A stretch of 64,000 bases of DNA, taken from NCBI GenBank assembly GCA_030295235.1, contig AP026131.1, positions 806,001 to 870,000 on the forward strand. Reading direction: 5' to 3'. Numbering within the stretch: the first letter of the stretch is position 1; every line of letters starts with the position of its first letter. The DNA comes from Fistulifera solaris (lineage: Eukaryota). This document shows, piece by piece, positions 13,646-26,000 of this stretch. The notes beneath the pieces are model-generated. The model ran no database searches. It saw nothing but the letters and a program-made list of their open reading frames with translations, and was not told the origin of the DNA. The position numbers and the translations under genes are program-made.

Positions 13646-14530
13646 ATGACATACTCGCAGTACGATAAGCCAGTGACAGATACTATGAAAGAGGGTATCC
13701 AGAATACTAAATCGAGTGTCGTTGGAAAGGACCAGGCGCAGGGTTCGGGTGAGAAATCATTCCAGGGTGCGATTCAAGACAAGCTGCAAAAAATGGCACA
13801 TCAGTGGCGCGATGATATCATGGAACCCTTTGAAGATCGATCGGATCAGAATGAAGTAGAGCGGGCGGGAAAGAACCTGGTGGACAAAACTAAGGAACAG
13901 GCGTCGCATGCGAAACAAAAGATTGGTGGTATCTTCCAAGATTCAAATCAAGCGGCAGCAACTAATGAGCACGAGTCGTATCAGGAAATGCTTCAGGATA
14001 AAATTGATCAAGGTACAGGTTCGATCAAGGAAATTACTCACAAGGTGAGAGAAGAAATCATGGAGACTCTCGGCGACAAATCGCACCCGAATGATATGAA
14101 GCAAGCCGGCGAGCAACTTCGTGACAAAACCAAGGAGCAGGCATCCAAGGTCCAAAATACCTGGAATGACAACTTTGGTGAATCAAACGAAAACAAGCGC
14201 ATGAAGAATGGATCCCACGGGTATGACGAAGGCTTCAAAACATTTGGCCAGGAAGCCAAAGAGCAGTACGAAATGGACCAGCGTCAAGCCGAAGAAGTCA
14301 AGGCAGAATGGGGAAACACTCTTGAGTCCGTCAAGAATTCAGTGAAGGACGCGCTGGGACTAGAGTCGGAACCTGAAAGTAACAAGGTATGGAATAGAAA
14401 TACCCCGGATAGTCGCAGTACCGACGTCCTTCGAGAGTCAGCTGGCGGTGCAATTGTGCCCCCTTTCGACCCCACGAATGAGCCCTACACGGAAGGGAAC
14501 GCCATTTCCTTTACAAAATTGAATAAGTAG
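13646..14530 (+). CDS. Hydrophilic LEA-like protein with a duplicated ~60-aa segment
   Basis: Intronless 294-aa ORF rich in E/K/Q/D; repeat QDK...IME...D.S..N....AG..L.DKTKEQAS occurs twice. Confidence 0.65.
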   Translation: MTYSQYDKPVTDTMKEGIQNTKSSVVGKDQAQGSGEKSFQGAIQDKLQKMAHQWRDDIMEPFEDRSDQNEVERAGKNLVDKTKEQASHAKQKIGGIFQDSNQAAATNEHESYQEMLQDKIDQGTGSIKEITHKVREEIMETLGDKSHPNDMKQAGEQLRDKTKEQASKVQNTWNDNFGESNENKRMKNGSHGYDEGFKTFGQEAKEQYEMDQRQAEEVKAEWGNTLESVKNSVKDALGLESEPESNKVWNRNTPDSRSTDVLRESAGGAIVPPFDPTNEPYTEGNAISFTKLNK

Positions 14531-14830
14531 ATCAATATCGACGAAACAGTGGCGTGCAGATTGACATTTATGTAAAATGCATATCAAATAATTTGAAGGA
14601 TGGCCTTACTCACTTGAAAAAGATGTTTGACGGTTAATTGTTGCTTTGGCCGCTGTGAAGGACAAACGAAGCAAAAAGACCTATTTATTGATTTCATTTA
14701 GTATAGTAGGAGGAACAAAGGATGGTAATAAAGTCGACATTGCTTTGTTGTGATGTCAAAGGCGACGACGTTTTGTTTTTGTGAAAGGCGTCGTGACACA
14801 ATAAAAGCGCGACAAATGAAACCTTTGTGT

Positions 14831-15144
14831 TTCATGAGTACTGTACAATCCAGTCTTAGCTGGCGTAAACCAACACTCCGTTTTATAGTAAAAATTCAAG
14901 GAGTCGATCCTCGTATTTCCGACGTGAAAACAAAAGAGACAAAATTAAGAAGTAGTTCAGAATCATCATTGTTGCGGCTTTATTTACCCGTAATTAAAAT
15001 TATATTCGCAGTTGAATGACAATGGACAAATGCGAGAAGACTTGAAACGGAACCCTTTGTTCTTTGTTGTTCGGTTCATGACTACTGCACAATCCAGTCT
15101 TGGCTGGCGTAAACCAACACCCCGCGTCATAGTGAAATTTCAAG
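14831..15144. repeat. Imperfect ~70-bp direct repeat (14831-14900 and 15075-15144)
   Basis: Both copies share TTCATGAsTACTGyACAATCCAGTCTTrGCTGGCGTAAACCAACAC...ATAGT..AA.TTCAAG. Confidence 0.9.
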
Positions 15145-15319
15145 AATTCACGAAAAAATGGCTAGAATGCACTAGACCTAGTCTATGACCTCATTTTTTT
15201 AAAAAATAATGTAAGCGTAGCTGATATCTAAAGGGCCATAATGAACAATTCATTAAATCGATCTCTATCTCATTTAGTTTGAATTCGACACACACATGCA
15301 TGTTTCGCCAGCCATTCCT

Positions 15320-16247
15320 TTATTTGGGAACACCGTTCACCACGTTGAAAAAAGTCTGCTTGGAGTGAAGCTCCTCCGATCAAACCACCATCAATGTCGG
15401 GCTGCGCCAATAATTCCTGAGCGTTAGCGCCTTTCATAGAACCACCGTACTGGATACGGACTTTCTTGGCAATGTCAGCTCCGACATTGTCAGCGACCCA
15501 TTTACGAATGGCTTCGTGCGTTTCTTGTGCCATTTCGGGAGTTGCCGTCAAGCCAGTACCAATGGCCCAAACTGGCTCGTACGCAATGGCAATATTGTCC
15601 CAATCAGCGGCCGTCAAAACTTTCGCCAGCGGCTCGAGCTGACTGGCACACACAGCCATGGTCGTTCCAGCTTCGCGCTCCTCCTTCTTTTCGCCAATCG
15701 CAAACATGACTTTCAGACCCGCGTCAACTGAAAAGACAAATTGCATTCATTTAGATTGGCACGAACAAGCTATAATCCTGGAGGTTGTAACAATACGCGA
15801 CTACTTACCGGCCACTTTGCACTTTTTGGCACACAACTCAGCCGGTTCACCGGCCATGCCAAATCCTTCGCGACGCTCCGAGTGACCAATAATCACCCAG
15901 ACACAGCCCAAATCTTTCAACTGCGCCGCACTGACTTCACCCGTGTAGGCACCGGGTTTTTCGTACACGGCACAGTCTTGAGCACCCACCGCAATATCCT
16001 CTCGCAAGGTCGCGAGCAATTGCGGCAAATGAACGTACGTGCAGCAAATAGCTACTTCGACATTGTCCGGAATTGGACCCGCTTCATTGAATGTGTTGAT
16101 AAGAGCTTCATTTTCGGCGAGAGTTCCGTTGCATTTCCAGTTGCCTCCAATCAAGTACGTGCGTTGTCCCTTGTTGGAATTCACGACCGAAGAACCAGCG
16201 GGACGACTTTTTTTCGAGTTCAATTTTGTCAAGAGTAATAGATTCAT
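15320..16247 (-). CDS. TPI: Triosephosphate isomerase (probably cytosolic); 5' end uncertain
   Basis: GGNWKCN, IIGHSERR, IAYEPVWAIGTG, YGGS, DGGLIGGASL. Intron 15728-15808; an extra T near 15350 shifts the true end (NVVNGVPK*). Confidence 0.97.
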
Positions 16248-16499
16248 TGATGCCGACGCACAGAATAAAAGAAAAGAAGGAGACAACAAAGATTGTGTCA
16301 GGGAAGATTTACTACGACAAGAATTGGAAGAGGGTAAGACGACGGCGACGGAGAGTGACCAGTTGGGAAGAGACAGACAGCTTGGCGACCAAGCAAGATT
16401 GCCGCCGTACACTTTCTTGACTTTCCCTTGAATATTCTTCAATCTTTTGCTGGCGGAAGTAGTTTGGTTCGGCATCTAAGTGGAGAACTCTTGACGTAC

Positions 16500-16520
16500 G
16501 TCGTCGTCGTCGTCGTCGTC
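16500..16520. repeat. (GTC)n microsatellite
   Basis: About 7 consecutive GTC units. Confidence 0.9.
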
Positions 16521-17220
16521 AAGGCAAGCCTTTCGTGAGCGTCAACGACAATCGAAATGGCCTCCGACCTCCCACCGCTAGACACACGAGTCGCAAAATA
16601 CTCACCTAGACATGTTAGTAAAAGTAAGGTCTTTGTTTTCAGAGGTAATCACGAATAGTATCTTGTTGCCGTCGAATGTGACGAAAGTGCGCTTCGCTTT
16701 GTTGACTTGCGTTTTTCGAACTGGATCTCTTCTTCAAAACGAAAGAACGCAATTTTTGGGGGAGATTTGACTTTCCTCCATGGAGTACTGCCGACATCTG
16801 TCATGGTAAGACACGATGACGCAGCCAATTTTGTGTCTGTCTTGGCGCATGTCAGTTGTCGCACCGACGACATAAAAGTCTATGATCTATGACTAGAAAC
16901 ACTAGACTAATACTTGTACTAGAGAGAGTTCAGCAAAAATCACGCCGACAAGAGAGTTGATCAGAAAGCTAAAATGTATAGTTAACTTTTTTGTATCGAC
17001 CAAGATCCAAAACAGACTCGGTCTAAGCCGTTGTTTGGCGGCGGGAGAGGCAGCAGAGCCTAAAAGCCTGCGTGCGACGGAACAAGTCACGCTGTACCAT
17101 CACTCTGTTGCTTAAAACAATATCTCCACCAAAGACTGCTCGTAGTGATACAGATGTAGTTCGATAACGACGTCTCCCTTGACGTTCCTTATAATTCAAT
17201 ATGCCCCGCAGACTGTGCTT

Positions 17221-18279
17221 CTAATAGCGCTGCACTTGTTGCCATTTGTCTTGAATAACCTGCTGTATTGGCATGTTGTAAATACGTTCCAGTTGTTGCT
17301 TGGTTGCACCAGAATCACTTGCATCCAATGCTTGGTTTTTCAATAGTGAGTAAGATTCCAGCGTTTCTTCATTGTACCCCCTAGGGACAGAATCCTCGTT
17401 ACCCTGCCGCTGTTGCGGATCTCGGAAAGATGATAGACTGTCGGCAATACTTTTCAAAGACAAGTGTCGTGGTGGGTAGCCAAAGTAAACCAACGAAGCT
17501 CGTCGTTCATGTTTGGGAGAGAGCACTCGGTGTAAGGGTGATGGCCACTTTGTTTGGAGCGCCAGGCTGGTGATATCACTGCAATGCACCACGAAAGTGT
17601 TGGGCACGGGTGTGACATCCGTCCAAAGCTCACAGCTTCGACAGTACGTTTGGAGTCCTCCAACTTCATCTTGCCAGACGATTGTAAGACTCCCCCAATC
17701 CGAATGAGGATTGGATCCCAAAGTGACGTCCTCGTCATCACAGCTGTTTCCTCCGGCTGTTTCGTAAAAGAACGCACGAAGTAGATCCAGCCGTTGCGAT
17801 TGAGGATCTTCTTCCAGCAAAATGTTGGGTGGCAGTTGCAAATGCTGGCAAACTAAGACGGCAATTTTGTGAAATAGTTCAAACCATTCGACCATGTTGC
17901 GTTGCACTTGCTGCTGCAAAGGGTCCATTGTCTTGTTCGCGGGTTCGTCGTGAAATGATATCTCCCAAGATTGTTTCAGTTCTTGTTGACTGCCCCCACT
18001 TTCATTTGTCCGATACTGAAAAGAGTTATGCGATGTTTGAAAGCTCTCTTGACAGCGAAACAATGGAACAAAACGTTCGTTCTTCCATGTATTTGTGGAA
18101 AGACTTTCATCGTCGTAACGAATCAAGGACCAACCGTATTTTTCCAAGTTGCTTTGCAGCTCGTTAGACGATGCATGCTTATTACTTTCCAAATTATCGT
18201 TACTTAGAGTGACAATCCGCGGGTGAAAGCAGCACGTACACGACTTTGTGCCCCCAGTTTTCGCCTCGGATAATTTCAT
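17221..18279 (-). CDS. 2-oxoglutarate/Fe(II)-dependent dioxygenase (IPNS/2OG-FeII_Oxy family)
   Basis: HSDWGSLTI (HxD), GGLQ, LHRV and RAS motifs. Confidence 0.9.
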   Translation of the reverse strand: MKLSEAKTGGTKSCTCCFHPRIVTLSNDNLESNKHASSNELQSNLEKYGWSLIRYDDESLSTNTWKNERFVPLFRCQESFQTSHNSFQYRTNESGGSQQELKQSWEISFHDEPANKTMDPLQQQVQRNMVEWFELFHKIAVLVCQHLQLPPNILLEEDPQSQRLDLLRAFFYETAGGNSCDDEDVTLGSNPHSDWGSLTIVWQDEVGGLQTYCRSCELWTDVTPVPNTFVVHCSDITSLALQTKWPSPLHRVLSPKHERRASLVYFGYPPRHLSLKSIADSLSSFRDPQQRQGNEDSVPRGYNEETLESYSLLKNQALDASDSGATKQQLERIYNMPIQQVIQDKWQQVQRY

Positions 18280-18412
18280 TCTACCACAGTTGCTGGCCCC
18301 GGAGCAAGGTACTAGTTTATAAATTCGTAGTGCGATTTCGTTTGGCTTTGTAACTTCCAAAAAAAAGACCATGGCCGGAACGAATGATTAACAATTCAAA
18401 TAAGCTGCATGC

Positions 18413-18687
18413 CCAGAAAAAATGGGAGTGGGCCACCCAGAAAATGCGGGCGTGTGGTATATTTTCACATCTCCAGAAAATGTGGGGATGTGGTAGTTTC
18501 CAGTATTTTCACGTCTCCAGAAAATGTGGGGATGTAGTATTTTGACGTCTCCAGAAAATGTGGGCGCGTGATGTTTTCACGTCTCCAGAAAATGTGGGCA
18601 TTGTGGTATTTTCACGTGTCCAGAAAATGTGGGGATGTGGTGTTTTCACGTGTCCAGAAAAAGTGAGCGAGTGATGTTTTCACGTGT
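18413..18687. repeat. Minisatellite, ~34-bp unit, 7 copies plus a partial copy
   Basis: Consensus CCAGAAAATGTGGGGATGTGGTATTTTCACGTsT, read directly. Confidence 0.95.
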
Positions 18688-18810
18688 AGCTCAGACGCTG
18701 CTAAACTATTACTGTATAATGTAACAACGACAACTGGACCAATTTAATATGCTAAACGAGCGAATTGTAGGCGGCACTGTCGCCTGAAAGAATATTGGAT
18801 TCATACTGCT

Positions 18811-19180
18811 ACAGAAAATCTGGGGCGGTCCAGAAATTCCGGACCAGCTGTATTCCATTCATACAGTAAGTCTGGGGCGGTCCATAAGTTCTGGACCAAT
18901 TTTATTTCATTCATACAGAGAATCTGGTTCACTCCAGGAATTCTGGACCAGTTTTATTTCATTCAAACAGAAAATCTGGGGCGGTCCAGAAATTCTGGAC
19001 CAGCTGTATTTCATTCATACTGGTACAGAGAATCTGGGGCGGTCCAGAAATTCTGGACCAGCTAAATTTCATTCATACAGAAAGTCTGGGGTGGTCCAGA
19101 AATTCTGGACCAAGAGTGTTTCATTCATACAGAAGGTCTGGGGCGGTCCATAAGTCCTGGACCAGTTTTATTTTATTCAG
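18811..19180. repeat. Minisatellite, 52-bp unit with internal hairpin, 7 copies
   Basis: Consensus ACAGAAAATCTGGGGCGGTCCAGAAATTCTGGACCAGyTkTATTTCATTCAT; GGTCCAGAA-A-TTCTGGACC is a palindrome. Confidence 0.95.
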
Positions 19181-19186
19181 ACAGTG

Positions 19187-19519
19187 AATTGGGCTCAAGA
19201 GCTCTTGCTGAACAAACGAAATGTTGACCACATTCTCGCCCGAAAGAATATTGCCTCGTGACTGAAATGCAGTCGGGCGAAATACGGACAACACTTTGGT
19301 CCATAGTAAATGCCAAAAATAAACGTTTCGCAAGCCTTTTCAACGTAGAATACAATTAGGTCTACGTGTAATGCCAATGCTGTTAAAGTCCATTCCATTG
19401 CAATAACGACAAATTGGGCTCAGTTCTTGCTGGACAAACGAAATGTTGACCACATTCTCGCCCTAAAGAATATTGCCTCGTGACTGAAATGCAGTCGCGG
19501 CGAAATACGGACAACACTT
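19187..19519. repeat. ~110-bp direct repeat (19187-19296 and 19412-19519)
   Basis: Near-identical AATTGGGCTC...CAAACGAAATGTTGACCACATTCTCGCCC..AAAGAATATTGCCTCGTGACTGAAATGCAGTCG..GCGAAATACGGACAACACTT. Confidence 0.95.
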
Positions 19520-20657
19520 CTTTTTAAAAATATTCAATGACAAAATATTCTTCGTCTTGACAGTATATTCCGCAAAGCAAGTGGTTTGGGATGTCTTGCC
19601 GGATCCGTTTGATAGTTGCACTAGTAATGCGGGGTTTTCGGCCATGCTATTGTTGCGCCGCCCTCGTCCGTGCGAAAGGCTTGGTTGCAAGCGTTGAAAA
19701 AACGGCAGATCATTCGAACTTCCTCGTCCACCAACAAGAATCACCACAGATTCGATGACATGTAAGAAGATTCGCTTGGTGCTAAGAAAAACAAGAAGTA
19801 CTCGATATGGATCGACCACCATTTTAAAGAGAAAACGAATAATCAAATTTTCCTTGTCTAGAAAATTGGGACGTGTAGTTCATGGTCTATTGTCAATCAT
19901 AAAGTCTCTACTTTAGCGGACGCTTTTTCTAAGAAATGAAATGATCGACGCTCGTTGCAAGTGCAAGAAGCAAGATGGGGGAAAACGTGGATAGGACTTA
20001 AAATATAATCTCATATTGTTATTGTTATTCGTTCACTCGTCGTTAGTCGTTAGTCGTTCGTCGTATTTGTCGTCTACTTTTTATATATCAAAGGCCCAAA
20101 AGCGTTGAGAGGCATTTACTTAAGCTAATTAATTAAAGCGAATCCAGTGCGACGCAATCACATAGGACCGGATCGAAATATATTCCTAAATAAGAGCGCG
20201 GCGTGGCGCTCGTAGGAAATGAACGGAGGCTTCGGAGCGGACGAGTTTTTCATTAGGGATTCCTTTTTGACCGTTGCATTTTGGGTGCCGCAAGATTCAA
20301 AAAAGTTCGAGCCGTAATCGAAGATCGGAATTCCGTAGAAAAGCTACGCGTTATTTTTGGCGGCGAACACGCCCGTCGAGATTGCATTTCCTTGTTTCGA
20401 AGCGCGGGTGTGACAGGGAACAAATTATGAGCGCCGAAAAGTGCACAGTAGGTCTTGGTAGTAAATCTACACAACAGAAAGAAAATTAAATTCGAGCGCA
20501 AGCCGCCTTGCTCGCACTCGCCCTCCATCACCTCCCCCCTCACTATTTTTTTCGACTCGGACGATGATGATCACTACTTGCAATTAATTACGAAAAAACA
20601 GTTCTTTTCTTCCCAACGATACACTTTCTTCTAAGAATCAAAAACGAGTATTGAGCG

Positions 20658-22215
20658 ATGTCAACTAGACAAGGCTTGCGTAGATCCTCTCGGCTGCAAG
20701 AACTAAACGCCAAACGAATGGCTGATAGCAACGAAAGAAAGTCATCAGCACCCACATTATCCGCACCTGTTCCGATTCCATCCACTGGTCCTTCTCCGTA
20801 TGCTTCGATCCCCCTACGAGATGACCTGCAGCCATCGCAGAGTGATGCCAGCACGGCAACGGCACCTCGGCGGAGAAGAACCGCGCCCACTGTTGTTTCG
20901 AACTCACCGGCCAAACGACAGCGTTGTTATTACAACTTGCGCTCGTCGAACAAAAAGTCCTTTTCCTCTGCCGAACTCATACCCGCAGTGACGCCGAAGC
21001 ACATCACATTCGAGGAAGAAGACGTCTATGATATCTACAACGGCCCATTGGTAACACAAGAGGACCCCTCGTCGGTGTGGTCATCTCAGCATTTCACCTC
21101 GTACGGCGCAACTTACTTACAACATCAAAAGCAAAAGAGGAGCGTGAATGCATCGACCTTTTTGGAACAACGGGTCCTTATCCGTCATGTGCCGTGGTCG
21201 ATGCATACGCATCTGATGAAAGTGAATGGAGATATCGTGACGACGACGAGGATGAAGTCCACCATGATCGATACGAATACCGGCAGCGAATCCTTTCTCT
21301 GAAGGAAGTTTCTCCACTGGACGTGTCAACGAGACTCCCACAACAACCAATGATCACAGCAAAGATGCGAGCCGTTCTTGTCAACTGGTTGACCGAGGTT
21401 GCGAGCGAGTACAACGTCTCCAACACTGCTCTACATTTGGCTGTTACTTTGTTAGATGCGTACCTAGCGAAAGGCGATCCCGAATCCAGCTACGACGAGA
21501 ACTTGATTGTTTATCGTAGCGAGTTTCAAGCGTTGGGTTGGTAAGTGTTTGATTTTGATGGAATTGAATTCAATCTTCTATTTACTCATTTCGACTTTTT
21601 CGCAGTGCTTGTCTGTGGATTGCGTCGAAAATGGAGGACAAAACCCCGCCAGAAATCAACGACCTTGTCTACATTTCGGATCACTCCTTCACTAGGGCGA
21701 AACTCGTTGAGATTGAGCTGCGCGTCTGCAGAACGCTTAACTTTCGCCTGCACCGCGTGACACCGCACCATTACCTCGATACGTTCTTGAAGGCCAGTCA
21801 TGCAGGAGATCCTCCCAAACAGATGCTTTGGGATGCGGCTGAATACTTGCTTGAATTAAGTCGTCTATCTTTCGACATCTCTTTCCGACCGCCAAGTCTT
21901 GTTGCTGCAGCGGCTCTTTACTTGGCTCGTGCTACCATTGGTATCATTCACAAGGGACGCAGCTACTGGTCGCCGACACTTGCTCACGTAACCCAGTACT
22001 CGCTTGAAGACATCGAAGACACTGTGTTGATGCTCCACAAGTACCAGCTCCTGGCTTCGGAATCTAAAGAGTTTAGTGCCATCCACAGCAAGTATCGCCC
22101 ACGCGAACATCACCACGTTGCGTTGAAGGTTCCGCCGCGTTTTGATAGGTTGGCGATTGACTTTACTATTTGCGGAGATGTTCAATACGAATACGCCACG
22201 ATTTCTCGGCCTTGA
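20658..22215 (+). CDS. Cyclin (A/B-type cyclin box)
   Basis: MRAVLVNWL.EV..EY......LHLAVTLLDAYL, FQALG(C), IASKMED, LNFRL..VTP, YLLELS, PSLVAAAA. Intron 21541-21605; frameshift near 21135. Confidence 0.93.
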
Positions 22216-23034
22216 AAACTGGTTCAAGTAAGCCAGTTAATAGCTAATCTCAAAGCTCGTTTAAAAGCTTACATAATACGGATTTCCTCTGACATGACCC
22301 TCGTTTATTCATGTATTCCTCAAATCATTCTTTGCGACTTTCCTCACTAAATACAGGACGCCTCCGTCGAAAGACACCACAACCCAGTTCATCGGTAACC
22401 GTTAATATTCGACTGACAGTGATCGCTATGACACATAAATTTTAAAAATTAATAGAAGGCATTCTGCTTTGGTTTTATTTGACTCGACTTTACGTTCGTG
22501 CCAAGACCGCCAGTATCTGATACTTCTTGTTTTAGCCTCCGCGGCTCACTCTTGTTTCACAAGCTTGTTATTTTTTGGTTGTGAATGGTGAATGGTGGTG
22601 GTGGGTGGTGGGTGGTGGGTGTGTTTTTTCGTGACCTCAAAGGTGGAATGGCGCGACGACTGGCGTTCCGCGCTAGCTGTCTATGTAATTGAGATGGAAT
22701 GCGGAGGATTTTGCCTTTAAGATTGTTTTTTATGTGTTCTGCTTAAGTAAAATGTCCGAAGGTGCGCGCAAGCATATTTTCAAAGTTTATATAAGGTATT
22801 AAGTAGGTTGTGGAACTTCTTCGCCTAATTAAAAAAGGCCTGTCACACCTTCACGCGCGCCAACCCCCTGCACAACCTCATCGCCATTTTCGATCGAGCT
22901 GAGAGTGTCTTCACATTTTTGCATCGCATCAACTCTGGCATTGCAAACGAAAATCTTTTTATCAAACTATACGGAATATTGTATTCTACGAATGAAGCTG
23001 AAGCTACACTTAAACAATCTACGCTGATTAAATA

Positions 23035-26000
23035 ATGTTCTTGATACAATTGCAGACCCTGTGCTTACTCGTCCTGTGGGGACGCGTATCTTCGTTTGAA
23101 TTCTCTAATGGGATGATTACGCTACCAGAGTACACACTTGACGCTGACGACGTGACAGCATCTATGAAAGACATCATCTGTCATAATCTGACAGTTGGGG
23201 ATGTAGGCCTTAACAGTCAAGACGGAAATGATGAAAATGTGATGATTTCGGCTGAACTCAAAGAAGTTGGGCTCGTATGCCGAATGGATCTGTCGTTGAC
23301 ATGGAATGACATCCAAGCTGATGCGCAAGCTTACCTTGCAACAAACAATACGGATGTATCCAGCCAATTTCGATTAATGGGTGATGTACTGCAGGTCGAC
23401 GAGTGCGTAGCAACAGTTCGGTTAGAAGATATGGATATTACTGGAGTGACTGGTCTCTTCGGCGCCTTTGTGGATAGCATGCGTGAGTCGTGGATGACAG
23501 GAATAGAGAATGCTCTCGGGACTATTATTTGTGAGCAATTTGAAGCGGAAATACCTAATATTCTGGGGAACAACGTCAAAGATTTATCGGCCATGTTCGC
23601 CCGTCTTGCGGCTGCCAATGCACAAGAGTGGACCCCTTCCTATCCCCAGCTCACCCTTGATTCTCCGCTGGTTCGTCTTGACAAGTATGAAAGCTCCATT
23701 GAAATAGTCACACAATTGGCATGGATGCTTTCAAGCTACTATCTGAACAGTACAAGTGACGATGGCACTCTCGTAGCCAACTCGTTTGCGAGGCAATTAT
23801 TCCACAACAATTCAAATGCATATGAAATGGAAAACCTGGCTTACTCGTTTGACCTGAAAAGCTCAATGCTTGGTGACTGGGGTCTCGACTCCGTAGAATT
23901 ATCAGGCGGCAGTGTCATTGGTTTGGATAGCGTCGTTAAGTTCAATGATATCATCCCTACAGGTCCCACTACATTGCAAACGTCGGTCGTGCTACAAGAG
24001 CTTCACATCACTCTTGATGCCGTTCTTCACACCAACGAAACGGTCGTCGTAGATGGCACGATTGTTGACTCTACATTGATCGAAGACAGCTTTCAGGTCG
24101 ATCTTTATTTGAGTAATGTTTTTGCAACGATTGATTTGAGAGTGGAGTTACTAGCAGCGTTCTTGGAAGATCTACAGGTCGGAGTCCTGCTTTCGTCACC
24201 TGATATTTTGACATGTTTGCTAGGAGCAATTAAGAAGGCATCGGTAGCCAATCTTCGTTTCGACAAACTTGATTATCGGGCACCGGCGGTGACGGACTTG
24301 GAACCCTTGCCACAAAAAACTTCTCAGTGGTTTGATTGATCTCGTGATGGTGAAATATTCCGACAAACTACCTGGTGTGATCGGCCATTTGGTAAATAAT
24401 GCAGTGCTTCAGAGTCGGCCACAGTATGAAGGTGCTGATAATGCTACTTGTGACTTCCCGTCGAACATAGGTACCAATGCTGAGCATTTGGACTTTCGAG
24501 ACTTGCTGCTTCCACCTGATCAAGCAGCGGCAGCAGGTGCGACAGGCAATTCACCTTACGGTTCGAGAGCGTTTGAAATCAAAGATCACATTGACAGCCA
24601 GCTATTGAAGGCAAATCCTACAACAGATCGACCGTTTCTGAATGACAAGGCACCAGCTACAACCATGCAATCGGGAATTCTAGGGACTTTTACGTTTGCT
24701 GGAAGACGGCCAGTTTTCACTTACGAAAGTATATTTGCGGTCGGGAATTCCACGATTCCTATTAATGTGGCGATCAAAAATCTCACAATTGACAACCTTA
24801 ACTATTGGCTTTCGCCAATGGTGATTCTTCACCCTGATCTGAATGAGTCTTCGGGATTGAAGAATCGTATTCAGTTTGGAATGGACAAAGACCCGAGTCT
24901 TACAATATCAACGATTATTGAATTAACAATTGATAAAGAAATCTCAAATGATTTCGCAGTCAGCTTTGAGACGAAGTCTCTGAGCATGCTTGTCGATTTA
25001 TTGCTCAATGTACGAGAAGATCCGTTTCTTTTCTACAGAGTCGGAGATCTACAAAAGGAAATTGTCTTGCTTCGTTACTAGAATCAAGTGGAATCCAGGA
25101 GAACGGTCGCACCGAAACAGGTGTCCCGCCATTTGATTTGTCCTTTTTGACATGCAACTCAAGGGTGTAAAACTGGACGTGCAATGTCAGACATGTAGTG
25201 ACGGGACAACAGAAACGGTTGCCGAAGTCGTTTCAAACGTAATCAGAAACGTTTTCGCCGATGGCTTGACTTTACACATGGGATACAATCAACTGGCGGA
25301 AAAAGATGAAACGCGAAACATAGTGTCGGAGTTGCTCAATACCATCGAGAGGCGATCGCATCTACTACGAAACTTTTTGATAAGCTTATCGCTCAGTCTC
25401 ATAAGACGTGTGAAAACAGTCCTGAGTATGATCCAAATGCGAGTGTTGAGAAAGCGTCTCTTTTGGAGAGCCTGGGTTTTACGCTACAAGAGACAATTCT
25501 TCGTTCGCAGGCCGTGGAAACACCAAAGGAAAAGAAAGGGTTCATGATATGCTTAATTGTCCTCATAGGTACTTTGATTTGCGCTTGGGTTTCCGCTAGA
25601 GCTTTCCTGCAATACCGCATACGAGAGCGTCAGCGCAAATGGCTTTACTCTTTAGCCCCCCTCCCAAGTGATCGCGATTTACGAGGAGCAAGAGAAGTCC
25701 AAGGATTGTGATCAGATGACGAACCGATTGTCGCAGCCTATTTTCTTCTGTGAAAGTATATCCAATCTACGAAAGATCTCAGTTATTGCTGCTTTAATAG
25801 GCACCATCGTTCTTTTCCTTCTGGGGATTTCAAGCACGGCTGCGACAATAACTTTCGATCTTTACACAAGCAATGCTGAGACATACAGCTTTTCGGTCGA
25901 TTATACACTAATGACAATAGTGGAGCTGACATGGGATTCGGGTGGATATTTCATGGCTATAGTCATGGCATTTCTTGTTGGACTCTGGCCGATGGTTCGC

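Noticed and set aside
16248..16475. Long N-terminal extension or targeting peptide on TPI
   Set aside because: CT-rich, UTR-like sequence that happens to be open; no recognisable targeting pattern.
18413..19180. CRISPR array
   Set aside because: Units are contiguous and alignable along their whole length, there are no unique spacers or cas genes, and the context is eukaryotic.
19463..19846. Transposase or DnaJ fragment (DPYRVL)
   Set aside because: No further motifs follow, and the ORF runs into the repeat.
20356..20363. E2F-like TTTGGCGG site upstream of the cyclin
   Set aside because: Plausible, but a single short match cannot be distinguished from chance.
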